Shown here: one piece after another, positions 1 to 9,879 of the stretch | Layout of the letters: every line of letters begins with the position of its first letter | How positions within the stretch are numbered: position 1 is the stretch's first letter | NCBI GenBank assembly: GCA_001189165.1 | Contig: LFCO01000003.1 | Span: 126,984 to 190,983, forward strand | DNA from: Parcubacteria bacterium C7867-005 | GTDB lineage: Bacteria > Patescibacteriota > Minisyncoccia > Phycocordibacterales > Zambryskibacteraceae | Direction: 5' to 3' | DNA length: 64,000 nucleotides | Translations under genes and position numbers: made by a program | The notes under the pieces: generated by a model | The model's input: only the letters and a program-made list of their open reading frames with translations | The model's database searches: none | What the model was told of the DNA's origin: nothing

Positions 1-445
1 GGTTGTACATGAGCCCAGGAGACTTCAATACTGCTTGGGCGGCTGCATGTGCGAGTTCGTTGAAAGGTCCGATCACAAATGTTTCAAACGTGTACCGAGG
101 GTTTAGGTTGTCGTCTTTGTTTATGAGGTTGTCTGGCAAAGGGAGCTCCTTCATGCCGAGCGCTCCCTGCATGTCTCTGTCGTCTCTTCTCTTGGATTCT
201 TCTTTATTCACCACATACTCTACGGCGTGAATTGAGCTGTCGAGGTTTCTGAGAGACTTTAGTATCGTGTGGTGGTATTTTTGTATAAGCCATTCTTTGA
301 CGAAAGCGTTGGGCACAGACAGGACCACCACCCCATCAACCTCCTTCACTATTCGTGTATCTTTAAACCATGTTGTGAAATTTGCTTTAGAAACAGCGAG
401 CTCTATCTCCACCAGGACGCTTTGCCATAATTGTTTGTAGTCCAT
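1..445 (-). CDS. dnaA: Chromosomal replication initiator DnaA (5' part; runs off the window)
   Basis: Manual translation from ATG at 445: MDYKQLWQSVLVEIELAVSKANFTTWFKDT...LNPRYTFETFVIGPFNELAHAAAQAV; divergent from rpmH. Not in the ORF track. Confidence 0.96.
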   Translation of the reverse strand, partial: MDYKQLWQSVLVEIELAVSKANFTTWFKDTRIVKEVDGVVVLSVPNAFVKEWLIQKYHHTILKSLRNLDSSIHAVEYVVNKEESKRRDDRDMQGALGMKELPLPDNLINKDDNLNPRYTFETFVIGPFNELAHAAAQAVLKSPGLMYN

Positions 446-495
446 AGTGCTTTTAGTTCTTAGTAGTATATCCTCCGAGGTTGATCATCAGAACT

Positions 496-533
496 TGTGA
501 AAATGCTCGAAAATGTTTATAATGTGTTCATAA
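496..533. promoter_or_regulatory. Three degenerate DnaA boxes in the dnaA-rpmH spacer
   Basis: TGTGAAAAT (496-504), TGTTTATAA (514-522) and TGTTCATAA (525-533), each one mismatch from TGTGNAWAA, same orientation. Confidence 0.5.
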
Positions 534-548
534 CTTGTTAAGAGTAAT

Positions 549-683
549 ATGTCTACAACATACCAACCTAAAAAACGCAAGCGAGCCAGAGCTCACGGTT
601 TTCGTAAAAGAGCAAAGACAACCGGAGGGAAAAGGGTTGTGAAGGCTCGACGCCGTAAGGGCAGAGCCAGACTGACCGTCTAG
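549..683 (+). CDS. rpmH: 50S ribosomal protein L34
   Basis: Manual translation [44 protein letters not shown]; canonical dnaA-rpmH-rnpA synteny. Confidence 0.97.
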   Translation: MSTTYQPKKRKRARAHGFRKRAKTTGGKRVVKARRRKGRARLTV

Positions 684-700
684 TTTTTAGACCAAAACCA

Positions 701-1060
701 ATGCTTCCCAAGAAAACCAGGATTCCTAGGCGTATTTTTGCGGATTTATTGGAAAAGTCGCGCTATTCTAACTCCCCCAACTTCTCTATGAGGTTTAGGC
801 TGTCCGGGGAGGCGCCTCGTTTTGGGGTGTCTGTATCAAAAAAAGTGTCAAAAAGTGCGGTCAAGAGGAATGCTATAAGAAGACGGGTCTACTCCTCTAT
901 ATCCAAGTTTTTAGAAAAAGTGCCAAGCGGACTGTTCCTATTCGTGGCTAAACCAGGCTCGGTTTCCCTGAAAGGTGAAAAGTTGAACACGGAGATTCAG
1001 CTATTACTCAGAGATGCTTCTGCGATTGTTTCTGGGTCTGAAAAAAGCTACAATCCTTAA
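701..1060 (+). CDS. rnpA: Ribonuclease P protein component
   Basis: RFGVSVSKKVSKSAVKRNAIRRR (RNR-type motif); follows rpmH. Confidence 0.93.
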   Translation: MLPKKTRIPRRIFADLLEKSRYSNSPNFSMRFRLSGEAPRFGVSVSKKVSKSAVKRNAIRRRVYSSISKFLEKVPSGLFLFVAKPGSVSLKGEKLNTEIQLLLRDASAIVSGSEKSYNP

Positions 1061-1795
1061 ATGTCCGCTCTCTACCACTCTTTAATATTCTACCCTCTAT
1101 ACAACACACTTGTTGGCCTCTTCACGCTTTTGCCTTGGGCTGATGCAGGAATTGTGGTAATACTACTAACTCTTATTGTACGCCTAGCCCTGTTTCCTCT
1201 TTCAAAGAAAGCAGTTCTCACCCAGGTAAGAATGCAACAGATAAATCCAGAATTAAAGGAAATAAAAGAGAGATATAAAGATAATCAAGAAGAGCAGGCC
1301 AGGAAAACACTTGCTCTGTATAAAGAAAAAGGAGTCAACCCATTTTCTGGGATATTTGTTTTGCTTATTCAGTTACCAATTATCTTTGCTCTTTATGGGA
1401 TCTTTTTACACGCCGGCTTTCCTGGTGTAGATAGCTCGATATTGTATTCATTTGTGCATGCGCCGGATGAAATAAATACGATGTTTCTAGGATTGATAAA
1501 CATAACAGAGAAAAGTGTTGTCCTGGCATTTTTTGCAGCAGTAACGACATTTTTTCAGTTAAAATTGGCCACAGGCGGACTCTCAAACAAATCAAATAAT
1601 CCAAATGAGAAGAAATCATTCGGCGAGGACCTCGCACAGAGCATGCAGACTCAGATGAAGTACATCTTTCCCGTGCTGGTGTTCTTTATTTCTTATAAAA
1701 TCTCAGGAGTGATCGCTCTATACTGGCTAACTTCAAACCTATTTACCATTGGCCAAGAGATTGTGGTTCGTAGAAATATCCCAAAGACAACTTAA
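1061..1795 (+). CDS. yidC: Membrane protein insertase YidC/Oxa1 (short form)
   Basis: LTLIVRLALFPL, LYKEKGVNP, LIQLPI, LYWLTSNLF motifs; synteny. Confidence 0.95.
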   Translation: MSALYHSLIFYPLYNTLVGLFTLLPWADAGIVVILLTLIVRLALFPLSKKAVLTQVRMQQINPELKEIKERYKDNQEEQARKTLALYKEKGVNPFSGIFVLLIQLPIIFALYGIFLHAGFPGVDSSILYSFVHAPDEINTMFLGLINITEKSVVLAFFAAVTTFFQLKLATGGLSNKSNNPNEKKSFGEDLAQSMQTQMKYIFPVLVFFISYKISGVIALYWLTSNLFTIGQEIVVRRNIPKTT

Positions 1796-1797
1796 GG

Positions 1798-3006
1798 CTA
1801 TTTTAATTTTAACGCCCACAGAGACAAGTCTTTTTTGTTGATAAAGAAAAGATAGTCTTCGTCTGGAGACAAAAAAGGATTTATCACATCTACGTCTACT
1901 TCAAAACTTCTCCTTGGTTCAAGGAGTACATCTGATAATTGATTGGCGGGGTCAATTTTCCAAATACTATCATTGAAACTGACAGCGCCCTGATACCATG
2001 ACTCAGGTTGCTTTGGTCCGACTATTCCCTCAGGGTTTCCACAATAGATTAAATTTTCTTTTTTACTCCACACACATTTTTCTGGGATTGTTACTGGAAA
2101 GATTTTCGTGTTTTTGTTGGTATCAAAATTTTTGTGTTCCAAAACAAACTCATCACCAGAGTAATACGAATAAATTATAGATTTACCAGTTTTGTTCGGC
2201 AGGATGGTGAGCCCGTTTAGGGGCCCCAGTATCTTTGTGGCCTTACCGCTACTCTGGTTCACTGTATAAGCATAACCAGGCGTACTTGAGTCGGGCCGTG
2301 TTTGTATGAATAGGCTTGTTCCTTCTGAGGTGAATGGAGTCCATTCTGAAAATGGATAAGACCCAAGATTTTTTTGTTTGGTCCCGTCGAACTCAGAAGA
2401 GATCAGTGTTTTCGTATCCGCCAATACATAAAAGAGCTTTGTCCCACCAGAGATGTTTTTAATCTCTCCCCTCAAAGGAGTCATGGTGACAGAATGTAAG
2501 GCATCCGTAGTTGTAGATTTAGGTGCTGTTAAAGCAATGGATAGATTAGATATCTGGTCTCCTTCAAGAGATCGTAGAACAAGAGCATTTCCATCTGATC
2601 TGAAAATAGCCTCGTATATCTTGGGCAAGGTGTTGTTGGTAATCTTCATTCTCTCTTGGGTGTCGGGTTTGATGTCGTAGACATGACCAGTTGCTCGGTC
2701 TACATACCTTACAACTGTAGAGCCGTTTTTTATTATGGATATAGCCCCAGCCACTGGTTCAAGGGAGAGTTTAAAAAAATTAGGGAACGTCGCACCGGTC
2801 TGGTTATTCGAAGGATTTGTAGAAGTGGTTTTATCTCCTGGGTTACTTGGATTAAATGGTATGTCACTCCCCCCTTGACCAAACGGGAGTTCTGATTCTG
2901 TTTCTGTGTCAGATTGCTGGGGCAACTGTCGTCCAAAGATAAACCAACCTCCAACAATGAGTATTATGACGGCAAGCAGTGTAAGGAAAATTATTTTTTT
3001 ATTCAT
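1798..3006 (-). CDS. Membrane-anchored extracellular protein, probable beta-propeller (TolB/WD40-like)
   Basis: N-terminal TM helix (MNKKIIF...), S/T/N/P linker, beta-rich body ending LSPDEDYLFF. Start at 3006 chosen manually. Confidence 0.6.
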   Translation of the reverse strand: MNKKIIFLTLLAVIILIVGGWFIFGRQLPQQSDTETESELPFGQGGSDIPFNPSNPGDKTTSTNPSNNQTGATFPNFFKLSLEPVAGAISIIKNGSTVVRYVDRATGHVYDIKPDTQERMKITNNTLPKIYEAIFRSDGNALVLRSLEGDQISNLSIALTAPKSTTTDALHSVTMTPLRGEIKNISGGTKLFYVLADTKTLISSEFDGTKQKNLGSYPFSEWTPFTSEGTSLFIQTRPDSSTPGYAYTVNQSSGKATKILGPLNGLTILPNKTGKSIIYSYYSGDEFVLEHKNFDTNKNTKIFPVTIPEKCVWSKKENLIYCGNPEGIVGPKQPESWYQGAVSFNDSIWKIDPANQLSDVLLEPRRSFEVDVDVINPFLSPDEDYLFFINKKDLSLWALKLK

Positions 3007-3014
3007 ATAAGTAT

Positions 3015-3860
3015 CTAAAAACAAACATGCCAGTGAGGAGAATTACCGGCTATTGTTTCGTTCACATAGGTTCCACCATCATATACGAATCTCTGGCTCC
3101 CAGTTGTACACCCTGTTCCTTCTGATTTGAACCCATTCTTTTCTAAGAAATTAAAAAGCTGAGAATCAAGTCTCAAATCCACGACTCTACCCCCAGGTCT
3201 GTGCTGGGTACCTTCAGAATGAAGCCAATACTCCGTTCCTCCAGTTATAGTCAGGAGGCAAGTTGGACAAGCTTCTTTCAGTCTTATTAAAGCGTTTATA
3301 ATCCTACTACTCATGCCATATACGGAAGTACAGTTTTTGTCCCCGATACTGACACAGTTGCTGTTATTAATACCAATGGTGTTAGCCCTCAGAATAGCCC
3401 TGTTTCCGTCATCCTCTGGCCATGGCTGTCCGATCTGTCCAGCTGTATTTTCTATGACCGGCGGCGCATATCTTGTGAGTCCCAGATCTATTTTCACAAA
3501 ATTTGGGTTTATGGTGTAGAGAATAGTATAAGATCCTATGGCCAAGACGAGCCCATAGATAGCGTTCTGTATCCTCTCCTTGGCATCACTTTTACCACTA
3601 ATGGCATCGGTAGACATATACTGTATACCCCCGAAAATAATCATAAGTACAGAAAGAGCACCCGCCACGCCTATCGTGAGCTTGATGATCCCAGGTATAT
3701 ACGTTGCTGCGTTTACAGCCCCGGTACCAGGCCTAGTCGTCCCAGGGAGCTCGGCCAGAGGAGTGTAGTCGTAGAAGGGTGTTGGTTCTGCAGATGCCAG
3801 ATCAGTAGAAAGACCAAACAGAACAAAGATAAACAGAGCAAGTGTTAAAAGATATCTCAT
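3015..3860 (-). CDS. TrbC/VirB2-like pilin fused to a putative Zn-peptidase (M15/Hedgehog-like) domain
   Basis: Signal peptide; pilin-like hairpin LMIIFGGIQYM...AKERIQNAIYGLVLAIGSYTILYTINP; C-terminal QHRPGGRVVD and HWH. Confidence 0.65.
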   Translation of the reverse strand: MRYLLTLALFIFVLFGLSTDLASAEPTPFYDYTPLAELPGTTRPGTGAVNAATYIPGIIKLTIGVAGALSVLMIIFGGIQYMSTDAISGKSDAKERIQNAIYGLVLAIGSYTILYTINPNFVKIDLGLTRYAPPVIENTAGQIGQPWPEDDGNRAILRANTIGINNSNCVSIGDKNCTSVYGMSSRIINALIRLKEACPTCLLTITGGTEYWLHSEGTQHRPGGRVVDLRLDSQLFNFLEKNGFKSEGTGCTTGSQRFVYDGGTYVNETIAGNSPHWHVCF

Positions 3861-3894
3861 ACTTTTATTATACAGGAGACGTTTTAAAAAGCGT

Positions 3895-4284
3895 CTACGG
3901 GGTTTTTACCCCCGGAGTAATATTTGCTCCGGGCAGAGTTTTGGATTTTTCCGAAAGATATTTAGTTAGGACGAGAATGGTCCACCCAGGTAGGGCGTTC
4001 AACATGGGCACAGTTTCAATAAACGAGGTGATTGAAACGGAAATAACATTTTTCTTTTCCAACAGCTTAAGTCCTTCTAGCTTGAACCACAACAAAAGGG
4101 TTAGCAAGGCAAACACGCTGATAAAAAGGTTGACCAACCACCCAATGATTGAAAGCGGCACCAAAACAAAGGTTAAGGCGAAGAAATCATTCATGATCTC
4201 AATCCCGGCCTGGATAAGATCAAATGCCAAGGCCAGAGACCCCATCATGATCCAGGTTATGTTTGATATCTTTTCTTTCTCCAT
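3895..4284 (-). CDS. Small polytopic membrane protein of the T4SS-like cluster
   Basis: 3-4 hydrophobic segments; abuts virB4. Confidence 0.7.
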   Translation of the reverse strand: MEKEKISNITWIMMGSLALAFDLIQAGIEIMNDFFALTFVLVPLSIIGWLVNLFISVFALLTLLLWFKLEGLKLLEKKNVISVSITSFIETVPMLNALPGWTILVLTKYLSEKSKTLPGANITPGVKTP

Positions 4285-4285
4285 C

Positions 4286-6145
4286 TTATATAGACAGGTC
4301 TATTTTATTGTTCCCAGTAGGAAGACTGATTTCCTTGTCTGCCTCCAATTCTTGTTTGGCTTTCTTTTGTGCCAAGACTTGAGATGGGTCAGAGGTGATG
4401 ATCTGATCTTCTGTATACGAAGCGATGTTCTTAATAGCCACGTGCTTGAGTCCGGCAAAAAAGATTCCTTCCCCAACCCCAGATTCGAGCAACAAGAATT
4501 TTTCTTCGTCAGTCAGGTTAAATATTTTTTGGAGATTGTCTACGGTGGTTGGAGATTGTTTGAGGAGTATTTGGATAGAAGAGTTGGTGATGATTGGTAG
4601 ACCATAAGGACTCTTCAAGAAGTCCCCTACGTCCTGGGTGACCGTCGCTACACCGAGATAATACTTGCGTCCCCTCTTCACTAGACCCATAAGGAACGAT
4701 GCGGTGTCATCCGACTTCATCATCCACCAAGCTTCATCTATGACGAGTAATCTTTTTTTGAGTTCTTTTCTGATGGCATTCCAAATATAGTGCGTGACTA
4801 TATACATGGCTATAGGTTTGAGCTCGTCTTCCATATCTCGGAGTGAGAAGACTACAAACTTTTTATTTATATCTACATTTGTCGGTTTATTGATAAAGCC
4901 TGCCCACGTACCCTTGGTGTATTTGGTGAGCCTTTGAGCTAGTGATTCACCTCCTTCGAGTCCAGAAAGAACGAGTTCAAAGTCACTCATAAGAGGCGGC
5001 TCGATAGACCTGAAATCAGAGTCAGCCGTGATGTCTTTCAAGGCATACGTTTCGGTGATCGCTCGGTCGATGATGGCATCTTCTTCTGCGGTTAAACCAC
5101 CCATCATGAGTCTGAACAAGCCTACAAGGTTGATGATGTTTGATCTAAGTACATTTGCTGCAGATTCATCAGGTCCAGGTATAGGTAAATCAAAAGGATT
5201 TATATGATGTTCAGAATTTAAGGAAATCTTGAAATACCTACCTCCTGTGACTTCTGCCATGTATTCGTACTCCCTCTCTGGGTCAATGACTATCACTTCT
5301 GTCTCAAACATGAGCGTTCGTAGAATTTCTAGTTTAGTGGCATATGATTTACCCGCACCAGATTTGGCAAACATGATGGAGTTGTAGTTTTCCAAAGAGA
5401 ATCTATCGAATAAAACCAAAGAAGAGTTGTGTCTGTTTATCCCATAAAGGATGCCTTTGTCCGAAGTGAGGTCAAAAGAAGTGAATGGAAAGAGGGACGA
5501 CAGCGGCGAAGAGTTCATCTTGGAGTGGACCATTAATAGATCGTCACCAAGCGGAAGGGTGCTTTTGTACCCTTGTTCTTGTTGGAAGAGAGCTGGTTTG
5601 GCATAGACTAGCTTGGCTTCGAGTATAGATTTGATTTCTGATTCGACCTTGTCGAGTTCTAGGTCACTTTCGGCATATATGGTGATGTAAAGACCAACAT
5701 CAAATAGCTTTTCTTGCGCTTGCTGTAGCTGGTCTCGTAGATTCTCTAGATCTTGGTAGGCAACGTCGAGCATCGGATCACGAACCAACCCCTTTTCTTC
5801 CCTGCTGTGGATTTGGCTTTGCACTTCTGCTACTTTCTTTTGGAATTGCCTTAGAACTTTAGAAGTTTCGATCGGATGGACAAAGATAGAGACGTCAAAA
5901 ACTTTATCCATATTGATGATCGGAGAGAACCAGCTTTCAGAGAGGAAACGAGGGTAAGAGATAACGAAGAAGCTCCTCACAATTTTTTCTCCCAAATTTA
6001 GTTCTTTCGGAGTAACCTTGAGTGCGGAAGGAGCGATGATGTCTTTGAGTTCGAGCACGCCCGCTTGAAATATCTCTTGAGGAAGAACAGAGCTAATGTC
6101 CTTCGATCTTTCTTTGCCACCAAATAATTTATTGAATATTCCCAT
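4286..6145 (-). CDS. virB4: VirB4/TraC-family type IV secretion ATPase
   Basis: Walker A AKSGAGKS, VIDPEREY, INPFD, Walker B LLVIDEAW, RGRKY, TQD. Confidence 0.92.
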   Translation of the reverse strand: MGIFNKLFGGKERSKDISSVLPQEIFQAGVLELKDIIAPSALKVTPKELNLGEKIVRSFFVISYPRFLSESWFSPIINMDKVFDVSIFVHPIETSKVLRQFQKKVAEVQSQIHSREEKGLVRDPMLDVAYQDLENLRDQLQQAQEKLFDVGLYITIYAESDLELDKVESEIKSILEAKLVYAKPALFQQEQGYKSTLPLGDDLLMVHSKMNSSPLSSLFPFTSFDLTSDKGILYGINRHNSSLVLFDRFSLENYNSIMFAKSGAGKSYATKLEILRTLMFETEVIVIDPEREYEYMAEVTGGRYFKISLNSEHHINPFDLPIPGPDESAANVLRSNIINLVGLFRLMMGGLTAEEDAIIDRAITETYALKDITADSDFRSIEPPLMSDFELVLSGLEGGESLAQRLTKYTKGTWAGFINKPTNVDINKKFVVFSLRDMEDELKPIAMYIVTHYIWNAIRKELKKRLLVIDEAWWMMKSDDTASFLMGLVKRGRKYYLGVATVTQDVGDFLKSPYGLPIITNSSIQILLKQSPTTVDNLQKIFNLTDEEKFLLLESGVGEGIFFAGLKHVAIKNIASYTEDQIITSDPSQVLAQKKAKQELEADKEISLPTGNNKIDLSI

Positions 6146-6146
6146 A

Positions 6147-6788
6147 TTAGTTAGATTTTATTGGTTTTTCTGTATCTCCTGGATTAAAAGCTTTGTAGAA
6201 AAGTTCAATCAATTCCTCTGTGCCCAACCGCGCCACTCTTATCCCTGTACGAACGAGGCCTTGTTCGACTACCGAGAGTCTTTGTTCGAGTTGTGTCAGA
6301 TTTTCTGCAAAACTGCTTTCTTTGTGCGCGGTCTTTTCCTCAGCCGTCTTTTTGTTAAAGAAAGAACCCAGTCCAGAAGATTTACCAGAAGAAATGGCAG
6401 AAGGAGTGTATGGCACTACGATAAAAAAGTTTTTGGTCATGATATTTGTGCTCTCGGTGAAGCTTTTGATGAACTGGATGTATTCTTGTGTTTGAATTTT
6501 CATCAGATCATTAGTTTGTTTCTTTTCCTGTTCTTCTAGGAGTGCTATATAGGGTCTGATGTCGAGCTTTCTTGATTGGATCACTATCTGGACAGAGAAA
6601 TCTAAAGAGTTTAGAAAGTCTTGGAATTGTAGAAGTATGGCTTGCTTCTCATCTTCAGACTTTAAAGAAAAGTTAACCGAGGAAGCCAGCACAACTGCTC
6701 TTAAACCACCGTCTTTGAGAACAAGGACGGAATCACGAACTTCTTGTATAGGAACGAAGGCCTGGGTCGAGGTTGTACTCGGTGACAT
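6147..6788 (-). CDS. TraC/VirB4 N-terminal-like protein
   Basis: NFSLKSEDEK..FQDFLNSLDFSVQIVIQSR; lies between prgI-like gene and virB4. Confidence 0.7.
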   Translation of the reverse strand: MSPSTTSTQAFVPIQEVRDSVLVLKDGGLRAVVLASSVNFSLKSEDEKQAILLQFQDFLNSLDFSVQIVIQSRKLDIRPYIALLEEQEKKQTNDLMKIQTQEYIQFIKSFTESTNIMTKNFFIVVPYTPSAISSGKSSGLGSFFNKKTAEEKTAHKESSFAENLTQLEQRLSVVEQGLVRTGIRVARLGTEELIELFYKAFNPGDTEKPIKSN

Positions 6789-6795
6789 GTTTATA

Positions 6796-7218
6796 TTATA
6801 GCGTATCTTCCCTGTTTTGATTGTTGTTCTGCTTCACATCTAGAGCAAAACTTAGTTCTTTTAGTTTTGATCCAGATAATTTAGGCACATAAACTTGAGT
6901 CTGAGTCTGTCCGGGAACCTCCTTTCTGATAATTTGTTTGTCTTCTTTTTTCCAAACATAGAGCTTGCTTCCTAAGGTGTATTGAAAGAATGCCTCTACG
7001 ACTTCTACAAACGGTTTCGAGTTCACTTTGTAGAAGGCAAGGGCTACAGCAAATACCACCACAGGGACGGATATGAGTATGGCTATAAATTTGGGCAAAA
7101 GGGTAAATAAAACAACGGACACGCCTACTCCGCCAGCCAGGTAGATGAACTGTTTGAAAGTTAGGGGGCCAAAGATCTTATCCTCGATTTCTATGAATTG
7201 GGGTACTTGGAATCTCAT
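6796..7218 (-). CDS. prgI: PrgI-family (VirB3-like) membrane protein
   Basis: VPQFIEIEDKIFGPLTFKQF followed by two TM helices. Confidence 0.85.
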   Translation of the reverse strand: MRFQVPQFIEIEDKIFGPLTFKQFIYLAGGVGVSVVLFTLLPKFIAILISVPVVVFAVALAFYKVNSKPFVEVVEAFFQYTLGSKLYVWKKEDKQIIRKEVPGQTQTQVYVPKLSGSKLKELSFALDVKQNNNQNREDTL

Positions 7219-7235
7219 GCTTACTCTAGCTTACA

Positions 7236-7754
7236 CTAATTTAATGGTTCTCTGTACGGATCTATCCCCCCAGTGTATCTAGGCACGCCTATCGTGGAGG
7301 CCGGCCTCGGTGCCGGTTCTTGTGGTGTTTGCATTGTAGGTATTGTGGGCGGTATAGGTGTTGGTTCTCCCTCTTTTCCACTCGGCAAGAGTATCTCTTC
7401 AGGCTCTGTCCCCAGGAGTTTTGGTACGGGTTTATTTTTTTCTAAATCAATTGCTTTCTTGATTACCACAGCAAAAACTCTTTGATCAATCTCTTTTATT
7501 ACATTGATTATTGTCTGCTCATCCAAGTTTTCAAATCCCTCACTGAGATTTTCAGGATAGTCTTCCAAATTCTCAAATCCATACAGAGCAAGCATTGTCT
7601 CTGTTTCCAGTGTGCTAACTTGATCCAAGTTTAGATTGTTTTGTACACCAACATCTTCTACAAGTTTTTTCCAATCAATAGTATTAATTGCTTCCTGCAT
7701 AAATATAGGAAGATTTTCAAATTTTTCTTTTATTATTTTGTCAGTATCGTTCAT
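7236..7754 (-). CDS. Hypothetical acidic protein with Pro-rich tail ending DPYREP
   Basis: ORF track; start moved to ATG 7754 to avoid overlap with the upstream gene. Confidence 0.65.
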   Translation of the reverse strand: MNDTDKIIKEKFENLPIFMQEAINTIDWKKLVEDVGVQNNLNLDQVSTLETETMLALYGFENLEDYPENLSEGFENLDEQTIINVIKEIDQRVFAVVIKKAIDLEKNKPVPKLLGTEPEEILLPSGKEGEPTPIPPTIPTMQTPQEPAPRPASTIGVPRYTGGIDPYREPLN

Positions 7755-7758
7755 ATAT

Positions 7759-9870
7759 TTATTCTGCGGAATATTTTTTTGGTCCAGGGTCCGTGGCTCC
7801 ACCAGTAGGTTCGTTGGTCTTTGGTTCCCCTGCTTTTGTTTCTGTTCCTGTATCATCTCCTGCTTCTTTTGCTTGTTTGGCGATTTCTTCCGCTATTTTC
7901 TCTGCAGGCTTTTTGTCTTTGATACTCTTTCGTATTGTCTCCGCAGCCAGTGTATATTCTTTCTTGGTTGGACCGAATAAGCCGATTCTCTTTATGTCTG
8001 GTATCAAATACCCCAATGGGCTGTCAGGGTCACCTATTCTGGTAGTGAGGAATTTTGCGTAAGCTTCTTTTCTAATTGCACCAACCCCCTTAATTTCCTT
8101 TGGCTTCCAGCCAAATGTCTCCTCTGCAATCTTTTCAGCCTCTTTCTGGCTTTTGCCAGCCCTGATCAAATCATCGATATTTGTCTTCCTTAGCTTTTCA
8201 AGTTCGGCCTCTGCTTCTTTCTGGTTCTTGCCTGAATCTTTTAGTTTCTTGATTTCTCTCAACTGAACTCCCTCTCTTCTAGAAATTTCTGCTTTCGCCT
8301 GTTTTTCAGTTAGTGTCCATCCAGATTCTTCTCTTATTTCACTAACCTTTCTTTTGCGTATCTCGTCTTCGTTTGCACCGCTTAGCTCATCTACCTTTCT
8401 TTGTGCGTCTGCGATTATCTCAGGATCATCAGTTTTCTTTGCCTCATCTAATTTTCTCTTGGCCTCAATAACTGAAAGCTCTGAAGGTTTGAGACTGTCG
8501 GCATATTTCTTTTCTGTCTCGATTCTATCCTTGAGATCTTTTGCATAACCACCACTTTGACCCTTTCCTGCCCCTAAGTCTTTCCCTATTCCTGTAGCTC
8601 TTATATCAAAGCTACTCTTAGATAGCTTGCTTGCGGCCGCAAGGTTGAGACGTGCCCTGATACTTCCTTCAGCCGCTCTATCTTGTAGCTCCTTGTTTCC
8701 TTCTAAGGAAGCACCGTATCTACCTATGATCCCCCGACCCGCTCTTCCTGCAAGGCCCACCGTCGCTCCGCCTGCAAGGCCCATGGCCCAACTGCCCATT
8801 TTACCAACTACACCACCTGCCTTAGATGAGATTGATTTGGCAGTAGTAAGGGCGGCAACGATGAGGGCGATGGCGATAAAGAAATTGATGATCAAACCCA
8901 TGCCGCCCGGGGAAGGCGCGCCGTTCACAGCTGCACTTTGAGTGAGTCCTTGCCTAAGAGTCTCTGATCCATTTACTCCGATGAAGCTCGGGTCATTGAT
9001 GATGACAATCACCACCCATGCGAGGAACATAAAAACTGGAGCGAAGGTTAACTGACTCATCAAAGCATCTTTCCATTGCTTCGCTTGGTCCTTTAATCCT
9101 GGTATCACTAGAGCGAGGAAAGCTATAGGTGAAAACGCCATCACCAAAATCAAAATGACGTATCGCATCAAAAAGAAGAAAGTAATAGCCAAGAACACCC
9201 AGGTGGTGATTAGTATGAATATAGAGCCCATTATTCCTACTAGAGTTATCTCTCCCGCGTTTATAGAATCAGTACCGTCTGTCTTGTATATAGTTTGTAT
9301 TTTAAGTGGAGCGACAAAGCTGTTGGAGAGCCCCATAGAAAAATTATCACCCTGTGCAGCATCCGGGGAGATGGCTCCGTAGAAAGTAAGGGTGACTATA
9401 TTCGAAGCATCTATCAGTACCTTTGTCCCAAACAAACTGAAATTGATAAACAAAGCGATGATGACCAAGTTTTTTATTGTTTCTTTGGCGAGTGACCTAT
9501 CTCCTAATATAAGTTTTATGGATGCATACAGGAGAATAAATATGAAAAACATATTGGCGATGTCCCTTACTGTCTCCCAGATCATCTTTATAGAAGTAAG
9601 ATCACCTATGTGTTGTTTCATGTCCACGACTGTATAGTCGATAACATAGTTCAGGAGAATACCTGCGAGCCCTAAGAGGAAAGACAATATCTTTAAAACA
9701 GCATTCGATGCATTTGCCATACAATCCTCGAGCTCAATACCTTCTGATATGGAAATGCACGCTGCATCTGTCGTGTTAGTGGGTACGAATAGTAGAATCA
9801 AAAACAAAGCGATTCCTAAAATAGCGAAAGTTTTTTTATCTATTTTCCTAAAGTGCTTAAGCCAAAGCAT
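7759..9870 (-). CDS. VirB6/TrbL-like polytopic membrane protein with charged coiled-coil C-terminus
   Basis: About 8 TM segments, WETVRDIANMFFIFILL, MRYVILILVMAFSPIAF, Gly/Ala-rich linker, K/E-rich tail. Confidence 0.7.
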   Translation of the reverse strand: MLWLKHFRKIDKKTFAILGIALFLILLFVPTNTTDAACISISEGIELEDCMANASNAVLKILSFLLGLAGILLNYVIDYTVVDMKQHIGDLTSIKMIWETVRDIANMFFIFILLYASIKLILGDRSLAKETIKNLVIIALFINFSLFGTKVLIDASNIVTLTFYGAISPDAAQGDNFSMGLSNSFVAPLKIQTIYKTDGTDSINAGEITLVGIMGSIFILITTWVFLAITFFFLMRYVILILVMAFSPIAFLALVIPGLKDQAKQWKDALMSQLTFAPVFMFLAWVVIVIINDPSFIGVNGSETLRQGLTQSAAVNGAPSPGGMGLIINFFIAIALIVAALTTAKSISSKAGGVVGKMGSWAMGLAGGATVGLAGRAGRGIIGRYGASLEGNKELQDRAAEGSIRARLNLAAASKLSKSSFDIRATGIGKDLGAGKGQSGGYAKDLKDRIETEKKYADSLKPSELSVIEAKRKLDEAKKTDDPEIIADAQRKVDELSGANEDEIRKRKVSEIREESGWTLTEKQAKAEISRREGVQLREIKKLKDSGKNQKEAEAELEKLRKTNIDDLIRAGKSQKEAEKIAEETFGWKPKEIKGVGAIRKEAYAKFLTTRIGDPDSPLGYLIPDIKRIGLFGPTKKEYTLAAETIRKSIKDKKPAEKIAEEIAKQAKEAGDDTGTETKAGEPKTNEPTGGATDPGPKKYSAE

Positions 9871-9879
9871 TTGGTTTTA

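Noticed and set aside
3842-4600. 252-aa plus-strand ORF
   Set aside because: Antisense to virB4 and its downstream membrane gene; no protein-like features.
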